Assembly (NCBI GenBank): GCA_965248265.1
Contig: CBDFJF010000002.1
Location: 2,016,001 to 2,080,000 of the forward strand
Length of the DNA: 64,000 nucleotides
Reading direction: 5' to 3'
Source of the DNA: Candidatus Latescibacterota bacterium
GTDB lineage: Bacteria > Latescibacterota > UBA2968 > UBA8231
The notes beneath the pieces were generated by a model. That model had not been told where the DNA came from. It saw only the letters and a list, made by a program, of their open reading frames with translations, and made no database searches. This document shows positions 9,476-19,127 of this stretch, in pieces; the stretch's first letter is position 1, and each line of letters starts with the position of its first letter. The translations under genes and the position numbers were made by a program.

Positions 9476-12115
9476 CTAAAAAAAGAACGGCGGTGGATCC
9501 GTGCCGTGTCGTCGGCGGTACTCGCGAACGAATGGTGCACCGAGCAGATCGTAATAGTGCCACGCCGTCTTCTCACCGGGATTCAATCTGATAGCCCGCC
9601 CGTAGGCGGCGAGGGCCTTCCTTTTCTGGCGTTTATACCGCAGGACATCCCCCTCCAGAACCTGGCGCTTGCCCTCAAAATAAGTGACCAATCGCGGCAG
9701 CATCGCGCCGCGTCCGACATCGGTCGCGAACTTCAGGTAGCTCTCCAGGGGGGCTACTGGAGTGCTTTCGAGATGGCGCTGGAGGTCACCCAGAACCCTC
9801 CATACATGGGCGCGAAAACCGCGGCGGCCGGCGAAACTAAGATGAGGATGATCGTCCGTGTTGATCGGTCCCTCACCGACATACCCGGCAAACAAAACTT
9901 CGTCGAATAGAAAGCAGCTCAGCACATCAATGGGCGTGCCCAGATCCACCTCGTCCAGGCTCTCGCGCACCCGCAGGCGATCGAACTTCCTTTGAAACGC
10001 CTCCACGTCAACACTCAAAGGCTGCTTGGTCCCGACCATGATGGCGTAGTTGTTCGTCCGCCACAGGGTCGCGTGTGGGAAGGCGGAATGGAAGGTACGC
10101 AGGACCGTCTTGAAGTCGTCGACCTGCATGCCGTGAAACGGCAGCCATTGTACGAAGATGCCGTCGTCGTTCAGGTGAACGCGGCACAGCTCGTAGAAAT
10201 CGCGTGTGTAGAGGACCCAACTGTCGGTGCTGGTGGGATGGGTGGCATCGCCGGTGATGACGTCATATTTGCGGTCCGTCGTCAGCAGGTAGTTGCGGCC
10301 GTCGTCGACGATCACCCGCACCGGCAACTCATCCAACCGGTCGAGGACGTCGTGATTGAAGCTTCCGTACTCCTGTCGGGCCGCCTCGACGACGTCGGGG
10401 ACGATTTCGACACATTCCACCAGCGCCAAGTCGTGCTGTGCCACCGCGCCCAGGGAGATGGCACCGCCAAGTGCTACGACCAGGACATCCTGTGGGTCGG
10501 GGTGCAGCAGCAGCGGGAGATGGCCGAGAAGGCGGAACAGCTGGAAGGAGCTGTAATCGGTGGGTACCTGGCCGCCGCGGTTAAACTGCAGCAAGCGGTA
10601 CCCTGGTTTGGATAACACCGTCACGACACCTTCACGACCCTCGCTGTAGTAGGCGAGCTTGCGCACCGAATCACGAGGCTCAGCGATCGTTCTCAGGACG
10701 TCGTCTGGCGCCAATATGAGTATGAGAACGGCGATCGCCATGGTGCCGCCGACCACGGTTTTTCTGCGCCGGGGAGGACGAATCCCCGGGTGCAACAGCA
10801 ACACGATCAGGCCAGCGGCCAGGTTGATGAGGCCGAGTGCCTTGAAGGTTCCCTCCGTGCCGAATGCGGGAATCAGCAAGAACCCTGTGGCGAAGGCGCC
10901 GCCGATGGCGCCCAGGCTGTTGACGGCATAGACGTCCCCGACACCACGGCCCAACAACGACAACTGACGCGTGTTGATGCGGCTGACAACAGGAAACAGG
11001 GCACCCATCAAAAAGGTTGGCACGAACATGATGGTGAACGAGACGGCGAATATGCCCAGGCGATAGCGCCACCATGCTTGAGCCTGCTGGATGAACCCAA
11101 TCCACTCCGATGACCATATGAAAAGGAACACGGAACAGACGCCCATGATGCCGATGAGGACTTCCATAAAACCGAACAGCGCCAGCAGGTCCCTGTTGGC
11201 CTTGAGGTAGCGACTGCATGCAAAGCTGCCGAGCGAGATACCAAGCAGAAAGGCGATCAGGATGATGCTGAACTCGTAATGGGTGTTGACGGCGAAAGCG
11301 ACGATGAACAGACGCAGCCAGGCGACCTCGTAGCCGAGGGCGGCGAATCCCGATAGCGCAAAGCCAACGATGACGATGGTGATGAGGTGGTGGGGTATGG
11401 GACCATCAGAGCTGGCATCCGCAGCTGGTTCAGAAGTCGTCGCAGCGGGGCGAGCCTCATCCTGCAATCGTTTGCGATCAAGGAGCAGGGCGAGTGCGGC
11501 GACGACGAAATTGACGGCCGCAACCGAATAGGTGCTGGCCCTCAGGCCCAGGGCCTCCATCAGGAAGAAGGTGATCGTGATGACGCCGGCCACGGCGCCC
11601 AGCGTGTTGACGCCGTATAGCCATCCGACGCCGACGCCCACACCGGACAGGCGGCGCACGACGAACTTGGACAGCACTGGAAGCGTCGCTCCCATCAGGG
11701 ACGTCGGTATGAGCAGGAGTACGAAGCTGATCAGAAATCGCAGCGTTGGGTGCAGCACACTGCTTTCGGGATCAAGGGTCTGCAGCAGCGCCGCGGAAGA
11801 TCCGATTTCGCGGGCAAGGGTCGGAAAGAGAAGGGCGTAGGAACCGACACCCGCTTCCAGCAAGGCGAACACGCGCAACGGCCGCTCGACACGGTCGATG
11901 TATCGGCCAAAGACAAAGCTGCCGAGCGCGAGACCGGCCATGAAGGCACTCAAGACGGTACTGACGGCGAGCAAGGTAGCGCCGAAGACGACCGTCAGCA
12001 TCCGGGCCCAGACGACCTGATAGACCAGACCACACGCTCCGGACAGGAAGAACAGGGATGGAATCACCCATCGCAGCTGTGGGAGGTCGCGACGCGCAAG
12101 ATTCGGGGTCTTCAT
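9476..12115 (-). CDS. Fused multi-TM membrane domain/spermidine synthase-like methyltransferase with C-terminal TPR
   Basis: LSGACGLVYQVVWAR, LMGATLP, YGVNTLGA repeats; VEIVP, DDGRNYL, YDVITGDATHP, LYTRDFY. Confidence 0.9.
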   Translation of the reverse strand: MKTPNLARRDLPQLRWVIPSLFFLSGACGLVYQVVWARMLTVVFGATLLAVSTVLSAFMAGLALGSFVFGRYIDRVERPLRVFALLEAGVGSYALLFPTLAREIGSSAALLQTLDPESSVLHPTLRFLISFVLLLIPTSLMGATLPVLSKFVVRRLSGVGVGVGWLYGVNTLGAVAGVITITFFLMEALGLRASTYSVAAVNFVVAALALLLDRKRLQDEARPAATTSEPAADASSDGPIPHHLITIVIVGFALSGFAALGYEVAWLRLFIVAFAVNTHYEFSIILIAFLLGISLGSFACSRYLKANRDLLALFGFMEVLIGIMGVCSVFLFIWSSEWIGFIQQAQAWWRYRLGIFAVSFTIMFVPTFLMGALFPVVSRINTRQLSLLGRGVGDVYAVNSLGAIGGAFATGFLLIPAFGTEGTFKALGLINLAAGLIVLLLHPGIRPPRRRKTVVGGTMAIAVLILILAPDDVLRTIAEPRDSVRKLAYYSEGREGVVTVLSKPGYRLLQFNRGGQVPTDYSSFQLFRLLGHLPLLLHPDPQDVLVVALGGAISLGAVAQHDLALVECVEIVPDVVEAARQEYGSFNHDVLDRLDELPVRVIVDDGRNYLLTTDRKYDVITGDATHPTSTDSWVLYTRDFYELCRVHLNDDGIFVQWLPFHGMQVDDFKTVLRTFHSAFPHATLWRTNNYAIMVGTKQPLSVDVEAFQRKFDRLRVRESLDEVDLGTPIDVLSCFLFDEVLFAGYVGEGPINTDDHPHLSFAGRRGFRAHVWRVLGDLQRHLESTPVAPLESYLKFATDVGRGAMLPRLVTYFEGKRQVLEGDVLRYKRQKRKALAAYGRAIRLNPGEKTAWHYYDLLGAPFVREYRRRHGTDPPPFFF

Positions 12116-12331
12116 GCGACTGCGGTCGTCGAGATCTCAGATACCGAAGCCGAATTCGGCGCATCGAAATAGTCGGTCTTGAGCAGTCGCAGGCGATTCT
12201 CTACGCTTGATCGCGTGGCCGCACACATGGTGTCCATCCCGGTGTTGCCGAGTTTGCGACGCACTAGTTCGGGCATGGAATCGATTCAGATGGTGACGAG
12301 GAAGTAGGCGTTTTGAGAGGGAGACAAAATA

Positions 12332-13006
12332 GTGGCCAATCTGTTGGGAAACAAACCGAGATCAGGATGCGCGTGTTCGCTGCTGCTGAGCCTCAGCCTT
12401 GTCTGGGGTTGCACCGATGGAGATCCCGGGCACGAATTGGAGGAGCGGGCCAAGCCGGGGAATTCACAACCGCAGCCACCCATCTTGTTCGACCTACCCG
12501 CCTTCGAGTTCACCAGCCAGGAGGGCAAGACGTTTGGATCGGAACAACTGCAGGGCAAGGTGTGGATAGCCAACTTCATCTTCACCCGCTGTGTGCTCAG
12601 CTGTCCCGTGCAGACGAGCCACATGGCCAAGCTGCAGCAGCGCCTTGCACAAAGCGCAGGTTGGGAGGACATGGCTCTTGTGAGCTTCAGCGTGGATCCA
12701 GAGTACGACACCCCCCAAGTCCTCACCGAATACGGCTCAGGGTATGGCGCTGACTTCGTGCACTGGCGTTTTCTCACGGGTCAACGGAGCCTGATCTGGG
12801 ATTTGAGCAAGAACGGATTCAAGCTTCCAGTCGCGGAGCGTCCGATGGAGGTCGGACTGCCTCTGTTTCATGCCCCTCATCTGGTTCTCGTCGACCAACA
12901 TCTGCGCATACGTGGCTTCTATGATGGAATGACCGGCGAGGAATTCGAGCAAATCAGCGACGACGTCGAGCGTGTGCTGGAAGAGGCAGCCGCGCCGGAT
13001 GGCTGA
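12332..13006 (+). CDS. SCO1/SenC family copper chaperone, probably a lipoprotein
   Basis: FIFTRCVLSCP (CxxxC), SVDPEYDTP, WRFLTG, conserved His, LVD...IRGFY. Confidence 0.92.
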   Translation: MANLLGNKPRSGCACSLLLSLSLVWGCTDGDPGHELEERAKPGNSQPQPPILFDLPAFEFTSQEGKTFGSEQLQGKVWIANFIFTRCVLSCPVQTSHMAKLQQRLAQSAGWEDMALVSFSVDPEYDTPQVLTEYGSGYGADFVHWRFLTGQRSLIWDLSKNGFKLPVAERPMEVGLPLFHAPHLVLVDQHLRIRGFYDGMTGEEFEQISDDVERVLEEAAAPDG

Positions 13007-13074
13007 CCGATGGCAATGAACACGATTCTGGCGACCCACGCTATCATGCGTCGCTGAGCAGAGAAAGGAGAAAC

Positions 13075-13968
13075 ATGAGTGCGGAACTTGAGATCATAGC
13101 AGACGATGGCAATGTGGTCGGCGAAGGTCCGATCTGGGACGGGCAGCGCCAGCGGTTGCTGTGGACGGACATCGAGAGTGGTCTGGTCTACCAGATTGAT
13201 GCTGAGGGGAAGAAGCGCATCATAAGCCGCGACCTCATCGTCGGCGCGATCGGCTTGAACGACGATGGCAGGTTGATCTTCGCGGGGAGAACGGGAGTAC
13301 GCCTATGGCGAGGGCAGGACGATTACAAGACCCTGGTAACGGAGTTCGAGGGCGAAGCCCTTGACTTCAACGATGGCATCATGGGTCCACAGAGCAGGCT
13401 CTATGCAGGCACGGTGTATTGGGGCGAGAACGGCATGGAAAAACTGGGGAAGCTCTACCTCATTGAAGGAGATGGCAGCACCAGGGTCGTCGTCGAGGAT
13501 GTCGAGCTTTCCAACGGATTGGGCTTCAGCCCGGATAATCGCACGCTCTACCATACCGACACTACCGTGCGAAAGATCTACGCGTTCGACGTCGATGCCG
13601 GCTCCGGTGAGTTGTCGAACAAACGGGCCTTCGTGACAGTCCCCGACGATGAAGGCATTCCCGATGGGATGACGGTCGATGCGGACGGCTTTGTATGGAG
13701 CGCGCAGTGGTACGGTTCGCAAGTGGTGCGCTATGATCCCGATGGAGCTGTTGAGCGGCGGATTCCAATGCCGGTACAGCAGGTTTCCTGCGTCATGTTT
13801 GGCGGTCCGGATCTGACGGATCTGTACATCACTTCGGCAGCGTACTCGTGGCGGAGTGACGTGGCGCCGCCGGGGTATGACTTCAATGCGCCGAATATCG
13901 GAGGGGCGTTGTATCGGCTGCGAACGGATGTTCAGGGGAAACCTGAGCATGTGGCTGGCTGGTCGTAG
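13075..13968 (+). CDS. SMP-30/gluconolactonase family protein
   Basis: GEGPIWD, FNDG, SNGLGFSPD, PDGMTVDADG, LYITSA; AGGAG RBS. Confidence 0.94.
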   Translation: MSAELEIIADDGNVVGEGPIWDGQRQRLLWTDIESGLVYQIDAEGKKRIISRDLIVGAIGLNDDGRLIFAGRTGVRLWRGQDDYKTLVTEFEGEALDFNDGIMGPQSRLYAGTVYWGENGMEKLGKLYLIEGDGSTRVVVEDVELSNGLGFSPDNRTLYHTDTTVRKIYAFDVDAGSGELSNKRAFVTVPDDEGIPDGMTVDADGFVWSAQWYGSQVVRYDPDGAVERRIPMPVQQVSCVMFGGPDLTDLYITSAAYSWRSDVAPPGYDFNAPNIGGALYRLRTDVQGKPEHVAGWS

Positions 13969-14134
13969 AGGGGATTCGCGTGTGTATTGGGCTCGTGTGT
14001 GACGGCTTCGCATCATGTGCATGCGTCCCCCACAGTGCAAGCAGCGAAGCAGGACCAGACCCGGGCCGCGAGAATGAACAGGTTCATCTCACGTTTGGAG
14101 AAGGGAGTTCCGTCGGTCTGAGACCGGCCTGAGC

Positions 14135-14401
14135 ATGCGTAGAGAGATTGTCGTGGGGTTGATCGTCATCGTCACCATCGTGGTTGCCCTCACCTATTCC
14201 ACGATGCAGCTGCGTCAGCACACCTGCCGCGTCTGTATCACCTACAACGGCCAAACGAACTGCGCCACGGCCTCTGGCTCCACGAAGGAAGAGGCGATAC
14301 GGACAGGGATCTCCACAGCTTGCGCTCCAATCAGCAACGGCGTGACACAGACGATCCAGTGTGGGAACACCGCTCCGACCAGCATCGAATGGCTGCAGTG
14401 A
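14135..14401 (+). CDS. Small membrane-anchored Cys-containing hypothetical protein
   Basis: N-terminal TM helix followed by CRVC and three further Cys. Confidence 0.65.
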   Translation: MRREIVVGLIVIVTIVVALTYSTMQLRQHTCRVCITYNGQTNCATASGSTKEEAIRTGISTACAPISNGVTQTIQCGNTAPTSIEWLQ

Positions 14402-14765
14402 AGAAGCGCCACTGCGTGTCTGATCGTCAAGCCGCGTAGTCGGGGACTGTGACCGTCCGCAGAGGCACGGCGAGATCTAGAATTCACATTCTAAAGAGAT
14501 CGATAGTTTAGATCCCTCGGGACCTTGGTGTCGAGTGGAACTCTGGCTTTGTGAGGGTGCGATGTGCGCTTCGCTCAGCTCGGCGGGCATGATGGTCTTG
14601 GATTCAGATCCGCAAGGTCCGATTCAGGCGCATCGATCGGGCTACGGTTTCATCTTGCCATGCCTTTGATCGGTTACAGAGGATCGATAGCTATCTTATG
14701 GAGTGATTTCCAGCCCTGTCGGCCTATTGATGGCATGCATTAATTCCGGTCGAAAAACAGATGAC

Positions 14766-15611
14766 CTAATAGAATTGTTTAGAGATCTCTTTGAGCGTCT
14801 TAAATTCAAATTCTGACAATTGGCCGACCATTCTATGAACCAGTTTGCAGATTTTGGTGCGGTCTCTTTCCCGAATCCAGTGTTTAGCCATCCAGCCCCC
14901 AGGTGTTCGAGGTATGAGATCCTTCAAACGGTATGCCGGTTTGGGATGCAGTCCGCCCGGTAAAAAATCTTCGATATGGAGCATCAGGTTGATGACCATC
15001 CGGTCAAATCGTCGAGCCTCCCACATAAATAGGGATAAAAATGCCAAAGAACCACTATGTCGGAAGGACAAGAATGTGGGAGATATGAGTGGAAATAACA
15101 GGCAACTGGTTGGAATTTCGAGCAAGCCATCCCGAATAAAATAGGGAGATCGTTTCGACCAGAGCCAGGGATTCTGGAACGGATAGGAGCTAAAAATACC
15201 CAAACGCTGGGGAGTTGAACTGCTATCGATTCGATAGTCCAGATTACGCAGTTCGTCCAGGGCGAAGTCATTGACTTTGCAGCAGGTGGGCGACCGAAAA
15301 GAGTGGGGAGAAAAGCCAAGGAAGTCTTCGAAACATTTTTTAGAAACAGACAGAAATTCCAACGCTCGGCCTTTTCCTATTTGCAATGCCTGTTTTTCTT
15401 GATCGTTGTGATAATGTGAATGGGTGCCCAATTCATGGGGTCCTGTGATCAGGTCTGCGATTGCAGATCTAAATTTAGACATGTTCAGCATAATGGTGGG
15501 GATCAGGAAGGTCACAGGCAGATTGGCCTTTTTCAACCATTCGTTACAACGCAGAATATCGTCCGGACTGTCTCCTGTGTGCAGGTCAATTGTCAGCGCA
15601 ACAGTTGACAC
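14766..15611 (-). CDS. Polysaccharide deacetylase (NodB-like) family protein
   Basis: ALTIDLH, TFL, HELGTHSHYH, FRSP, DSS, EIP; AT-richer than flanks by eye. Confidence 0.8.
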   Translation of the reverse strand: MSTVALTIDLHTGDSPDDILRCNEWLKKANLPVTFLIPTIMLNMSKFRSAIADLITGPHELGTHSHYHNDQEKQALQIGKGRALEFLSVSKKCFEDFLGFSPHSFRSPTCCKVNDFALDELRNLDYRIDSSSTPQRLGIFSSYPFQNPWLWSKRSPYFIRDGLLEIPTSCLLFPLISPTFLSFRHSGSLAFLSLFMWEARRFDRMVINLMLHIEDFLPGGLHPKPAYRLKDLIPRTPGGWMAKHWIRERDRTKICKLVHRMVGQLSEFEFKTLKEISKQFY

Positions 15612-15649
15612 GTAACTATCCTCTTTGAATTTCTGAGTAGGTCTTTATC

Positions 15650-16387
15650 ATGGCACGAAATAGGTTCACTCCTTTTGTACTGGATCCGGTTGCATATCGA
15701 AATTCTTTGAGCGTCACAGATCGGGCGTTTCTGGACCTGATCGGTCATGTGGATGGACAGCGCATTCTGGATATGGGATGTGGTAACGGCTTCCTCTCAA
15801 TTTATATGGCCCGGCAGGGAGCTTGTGTCACTGCAATCGATTCGGCTGTACAGGCCGTTCACAACACCAAGCAAATGGCCTGTGTGAATGGGTTGGATTC
15901 AGGATTGAAGGTGTGCCACATGGATGCTCGTACACTGGGTGACTTAGGCGGATCATATGACCTGGTTGTGGGACGTTTTATCCTCCATCATATCGAGCCT
16001 TTCCCCGCATTTGTCGATTTGTTATCCCGATTTTTAGGGGCTGGCAGGGGTGTTTTTTTGGAAAACAGCGCCCGCAATCCCATTTTGATGTTTTGCCGAT
16101 CTTATCTGGTGGGAAAGTTTGGGATTCCCAAACTTAGCAACGCGGAGGAGTTTCCTTTTGAACAGCGGGAAATTGAAATACTCCAACGAAGATTTCGTTC
16201 TGTCAAGGTCTATTCCCCCGAATTTCTATTTTTTAATTTAATGAGTACCTATTTCTCTCACCCCAATTGGTTTGGCCATGTTTTCAAGGGTTTGGACACA
16301 GGGCTGGCCAGGTGTTTTCCATTCCTCCGACAGTACAGTTATTGTCAGATCATTGAATTTCGCCATACTCTGGGTCAAAAAGCCTGA
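15650..16387 (+). CDS. Class I SAM-dependent methyltransferase
   Basis: RILDMGCGNG motif I, AID, YDLVVGRFILHH. Confidence 0.88.
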   Translation: MARNRFTPFVLDPVAYRNSLSVTDRAFLDLIGHVDGQRILDMGCGNGFLSIYMARQGACVTAIDSAVQAVHNTKQMACVNGLDSGLKVCHMDARTLGDLGGSYDLVVGRFILHHIEPFPAFVDLLSRFLGAGRGVFLENSARNPILMFCRSYLVGKFGIPKLSNAEEFPFEQREIEILQRRFRSVKVYSPEFLFFNLMSTYFSHPNWFGHVFKGLDTGLARCFPFLRQYSYCQIIEFRHTLGQKA

Positions 16388-16494
16388 AAGCCCAAGCATC
16401 CCTCTATTCCGACTCGCTCGCCTGTTCCAATCAATGTTATCTGGCAGTTTACGGTAGTGGGTGAATTCATTCGCACACATTGAGATCCCCGGCT

Positions 16495-17181
16495 CTACAC
16501 CATGCGGGCGGTGGCCAAGCGGGCGGCGAAGCGTAGGGCGGAGATCATGTTGGTGTGGTCGGCGATGCCTTTGCCGGCGATGTCGAAGGCGGTGCCGTGG
16601 TCGACGGAGGCGCGGATGATGGGGAGGCCGAGGGTGACGTTTACCGCGTCGGCGAAGGCGACCAGTTTGATGGGTATGTGTCCCTGATCGTGGTACATGG
16701 CGATGACGCCGTCGAATTCGTCGTTGAAGGCGCGGTAGAACAGGGTGTCACCGGGAAGGGGTCCGGTGACTTCCCAATCTTGAGCCTGTGCACGCTGTAC
16801 AGCTGGTTCGAGGGCGATGGCGTCTTCTTCTCCGAAGAGGCCGTGTTCGCCGGCGTGCGGGTTGAGGCCGGCGACGCCGATCCGGGGGCGTTCATAGCCC
16901 AGATCGACAAGAGCCTGACGGGCCAATGCGATCGTCTCGTAGACGCGTTCTTCCGTGAGCCGGCCAGGTACGTCGTGCAGGGCGATATGGGTGGTGGCGT
17001 GGATGACTTTCAGGCGTTCGGACACCAACATCATGCGGTAACTCTTCGTACTCGTGAGGTCGCCGAGCAACTCGGTATGCCCCGCGTAATTGAAACCGAC
17101 GCGATTCATGGCCTCTTTGTTCAAGGGTGCTGTGACGATGCCGTCGACCTTGTTTGCCAGCGCCAGCTCAACGGCGGTCTC
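16495..17181 (-). pseudogene. pdxA: PdxA/PdxA2 dehydrogenase, N-terminally truncated remnant
   Basis: Frame open from 17181 as ETAVELALANKVDGIVTAPLNKEAM...GHTE...GLNPHAGE...MYHDQG...SVDHGTAFDIAGKG; N-terminal part absent. Confidence 0.8.
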
Positions 17182-17381
17182 CGTGCCCCGTCAGCGTCGC
17201 GATCACGGCTCTCCGCATTACAGACCATGACGTCTGCTGGCGGCGCTTCCAACTTCTGAGGTGGTCCCGAGATGACCCGGGCACTGAAGCCAGCCCGAAC
17301 AAACTGAAGTCCCGTGTCGCAGGCGCCAGTGAAATCGTCAGCGATGATGAGGCAGGACAGGTCGGGGGCGGTCATGTTCAT
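17182..17381 (-). pseudogene. Four-carbon acid sugar kinase (DtnK/OtnK-like), N-terminal fragment only
   Basis: IIADDFTGACDTG and NAESR motifs, then an abrupt out-of-frame junction into pdxA. Confidence 0.8.
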
Positions 17382-17524
17382 AACCCGGACACGCGTGAGT
17401 GGGGTGTATCACCAGTTACGAAATACAAACTCCTCCAGGCTTGAAGATAGTCAAGCTATCGCCGCGCATTCAGGTCTTCTGACTGGCAGTATCATCGGAC
17501 CGATGGTATGTTGACACCACGCCA

Positions 17525-18088
17525 ATGTGTGTGTCTGAAGGAGAAGGTCCGCGTGAAGATCACCCACTCGGTAAACATCTGGAAGTGCCGGTCTACAAAT
17601 TGATGGGCGGACAGAAGATTCGGGAAGCGGTCAAGGTTGCGGCATGGACTCGCCCAGCTTCGCCGGAGCACTTCCGGTCCGAGGTGCGACGGGCGGCGGA
17701 TCAGGGCTACATGGTTTTCAAGATGCACTCGGCTGACGGACATTCCATCAACCTGGATGATCAGTACGAAGAGGATGTCACTACCGAGACCATCCCCGTC
17801 ATAGAGGGATATTCACCCGTACCTGAGGGCCCAGGCCTGGGATTCGAGGTAGACGAGGACGCCATTGCCCGGCTGGCGGCCAACAAGCCGATTGAGCGGC
17901 CGCGGTTTGTCGGTATTCTGCATATGCCGGGTGGGCACACGTTCTACGGTCCGGGGCAGGTGGCGCCCTACGGTGAGGAGGGTACCATTCGGGGATTCAG
18001 GACGGAGGTATGGGAAGAGGACGGGTCCTCTGAGTTCGAGAAGATCTACCAGCGCGTCCAAGAAGAAGGGCGGATTCCAGCCGAGTGA
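17525..18088 (+). pseudogene. Mandelate racemase/enolase-superfamily remnant (paralog of 54974-56191) lacking the N-terminus and about 145 internal residues
   Basis: GKHLEVP..KLMG...AAWTRPASPE...FKMH joined directly to HSINLDDQY...SPVPEGPGLGFEVDE; both blocks match the intact copy. Confidence 0.8.
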
Positions 18089-19110
18089 AAATCGCCCTGA
18101 TCGGCCTGCCGCAGGCCGGCAAGAAAACGCTCTTCCACCTGCTTACGGGTAAGAAACCCCCTGAAGTCCGCAAGCCCGGTGAGGTGTTGGAGGGCATGGC
18201 GTCGATTCGCGACGAGCGCGTCGATGCCCTGGCCCGTGTCTGCTCACCACAGAAGACGACCTACGCACAGAATCATTTCGTCCTGTGCCCCGATGCTGCG
18301 CCCGGATCCTACGAATGGCTGAGCGAAGCTCGCCGCTGCCAACTCGTCTGCATCGTGGCCCGTGCTTTCGAGTCGGAGCAGTTGTATCACCCCGACGGCA
18401 GTGTCGATCCCGATCGTGATTGTGAGAACCTGGAAGCCGAACTGTTGCTGGCGGACATGGAGATCATCGAGAATCGACTCGCGCGTCTGGAGAAGGAGGG
18501 TCGTACCGGCCTGCGTGATGAGCAGAAACGCGAGGAGGAGGCTCTGAAGCTATGTTTGCCGGAGCTGGAGGCGGGAAAGAGACTTGCCGATGTCCCACTG
18601 GCGCACTACCAACTAGATGCCATTCGCAGCCTAGATTTTGTCACGCTGCTACCAATGTTGCGGGTCTATAATGTTTCCGAGGACGAGTTGGAGCGTGACT
18701 ACGGGGAACACGTGACGGCCGTTTCATGCAAGATCGAACAAGAGATCATGGAGATGGCTGATCCGGCAGAGCGGGCCGAGTACATTGAAGCGCTCGGAGT
18801 CACCGCGTCTGGTCTGGATCGCGTCAACGAGGGATCTTACGATGCGCTCGGCCTGATGTCCTTCTACACGGCCGGCGAGGATGAGTGTCGAGCCTGGACA
18901 ATATCCAAAAAATCCCTGGCTCCAGTTGCCGGCGGCAAGGTTCACAGCGACATCGAGCGCGGATTCATCCGGGCTGAGGTGATCAAGCTCGATGATTACG
19001 TCGAGACCGGATCGGAGGGTGCCGCAAGGAACGCAGGAAAAATCCAGACACGCGGGCGCGACTACGTCGTCGAGGACGGCGACGTGATCCATTTTCTGTT
19101 CAGCGTGTAG
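18085..19110 (+). CDS. ychF: YchF-like Obg-family ATPase (divergent)
   Basis: GLPQAGK P-loop, ELLLAD, RAWTI, HSDIERGFIRAEV, YVVEDGDVIHF (TGS domain). Confidence 0.8.
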   Translation: MKIALIGLPQAGKKTLFHLLTGKKPPEVRKPGEVLEGMASIRDERVDALARVCSPQKTTYAQNHFVLCPDAAPGSYEWLSEARRCQLVCIVARAFESEQLYHPDGSVDPDRDCENLEAELLLADMEIIENRLARLEKEGRTGLRDEQKREEEALKLCLPELEAGKRLADVPLAHYQLDAIRSLDFVTLLPMLRVYNVSEDELERDYGEHVTAVSCKIEQEIMEMADPAERAEYIEALGVTASGLDRVNEGSYDALGLMSFYTAGEDECRAWTISKKSLAPVAGGKVHSDIERGFIRAEVIKLDDYVETGSEGAARNAGKIQTRGRDYVVEDGDVIHFLFSV

Positions 19111-19127
19111 GAAGGTCCTCACCCCGG

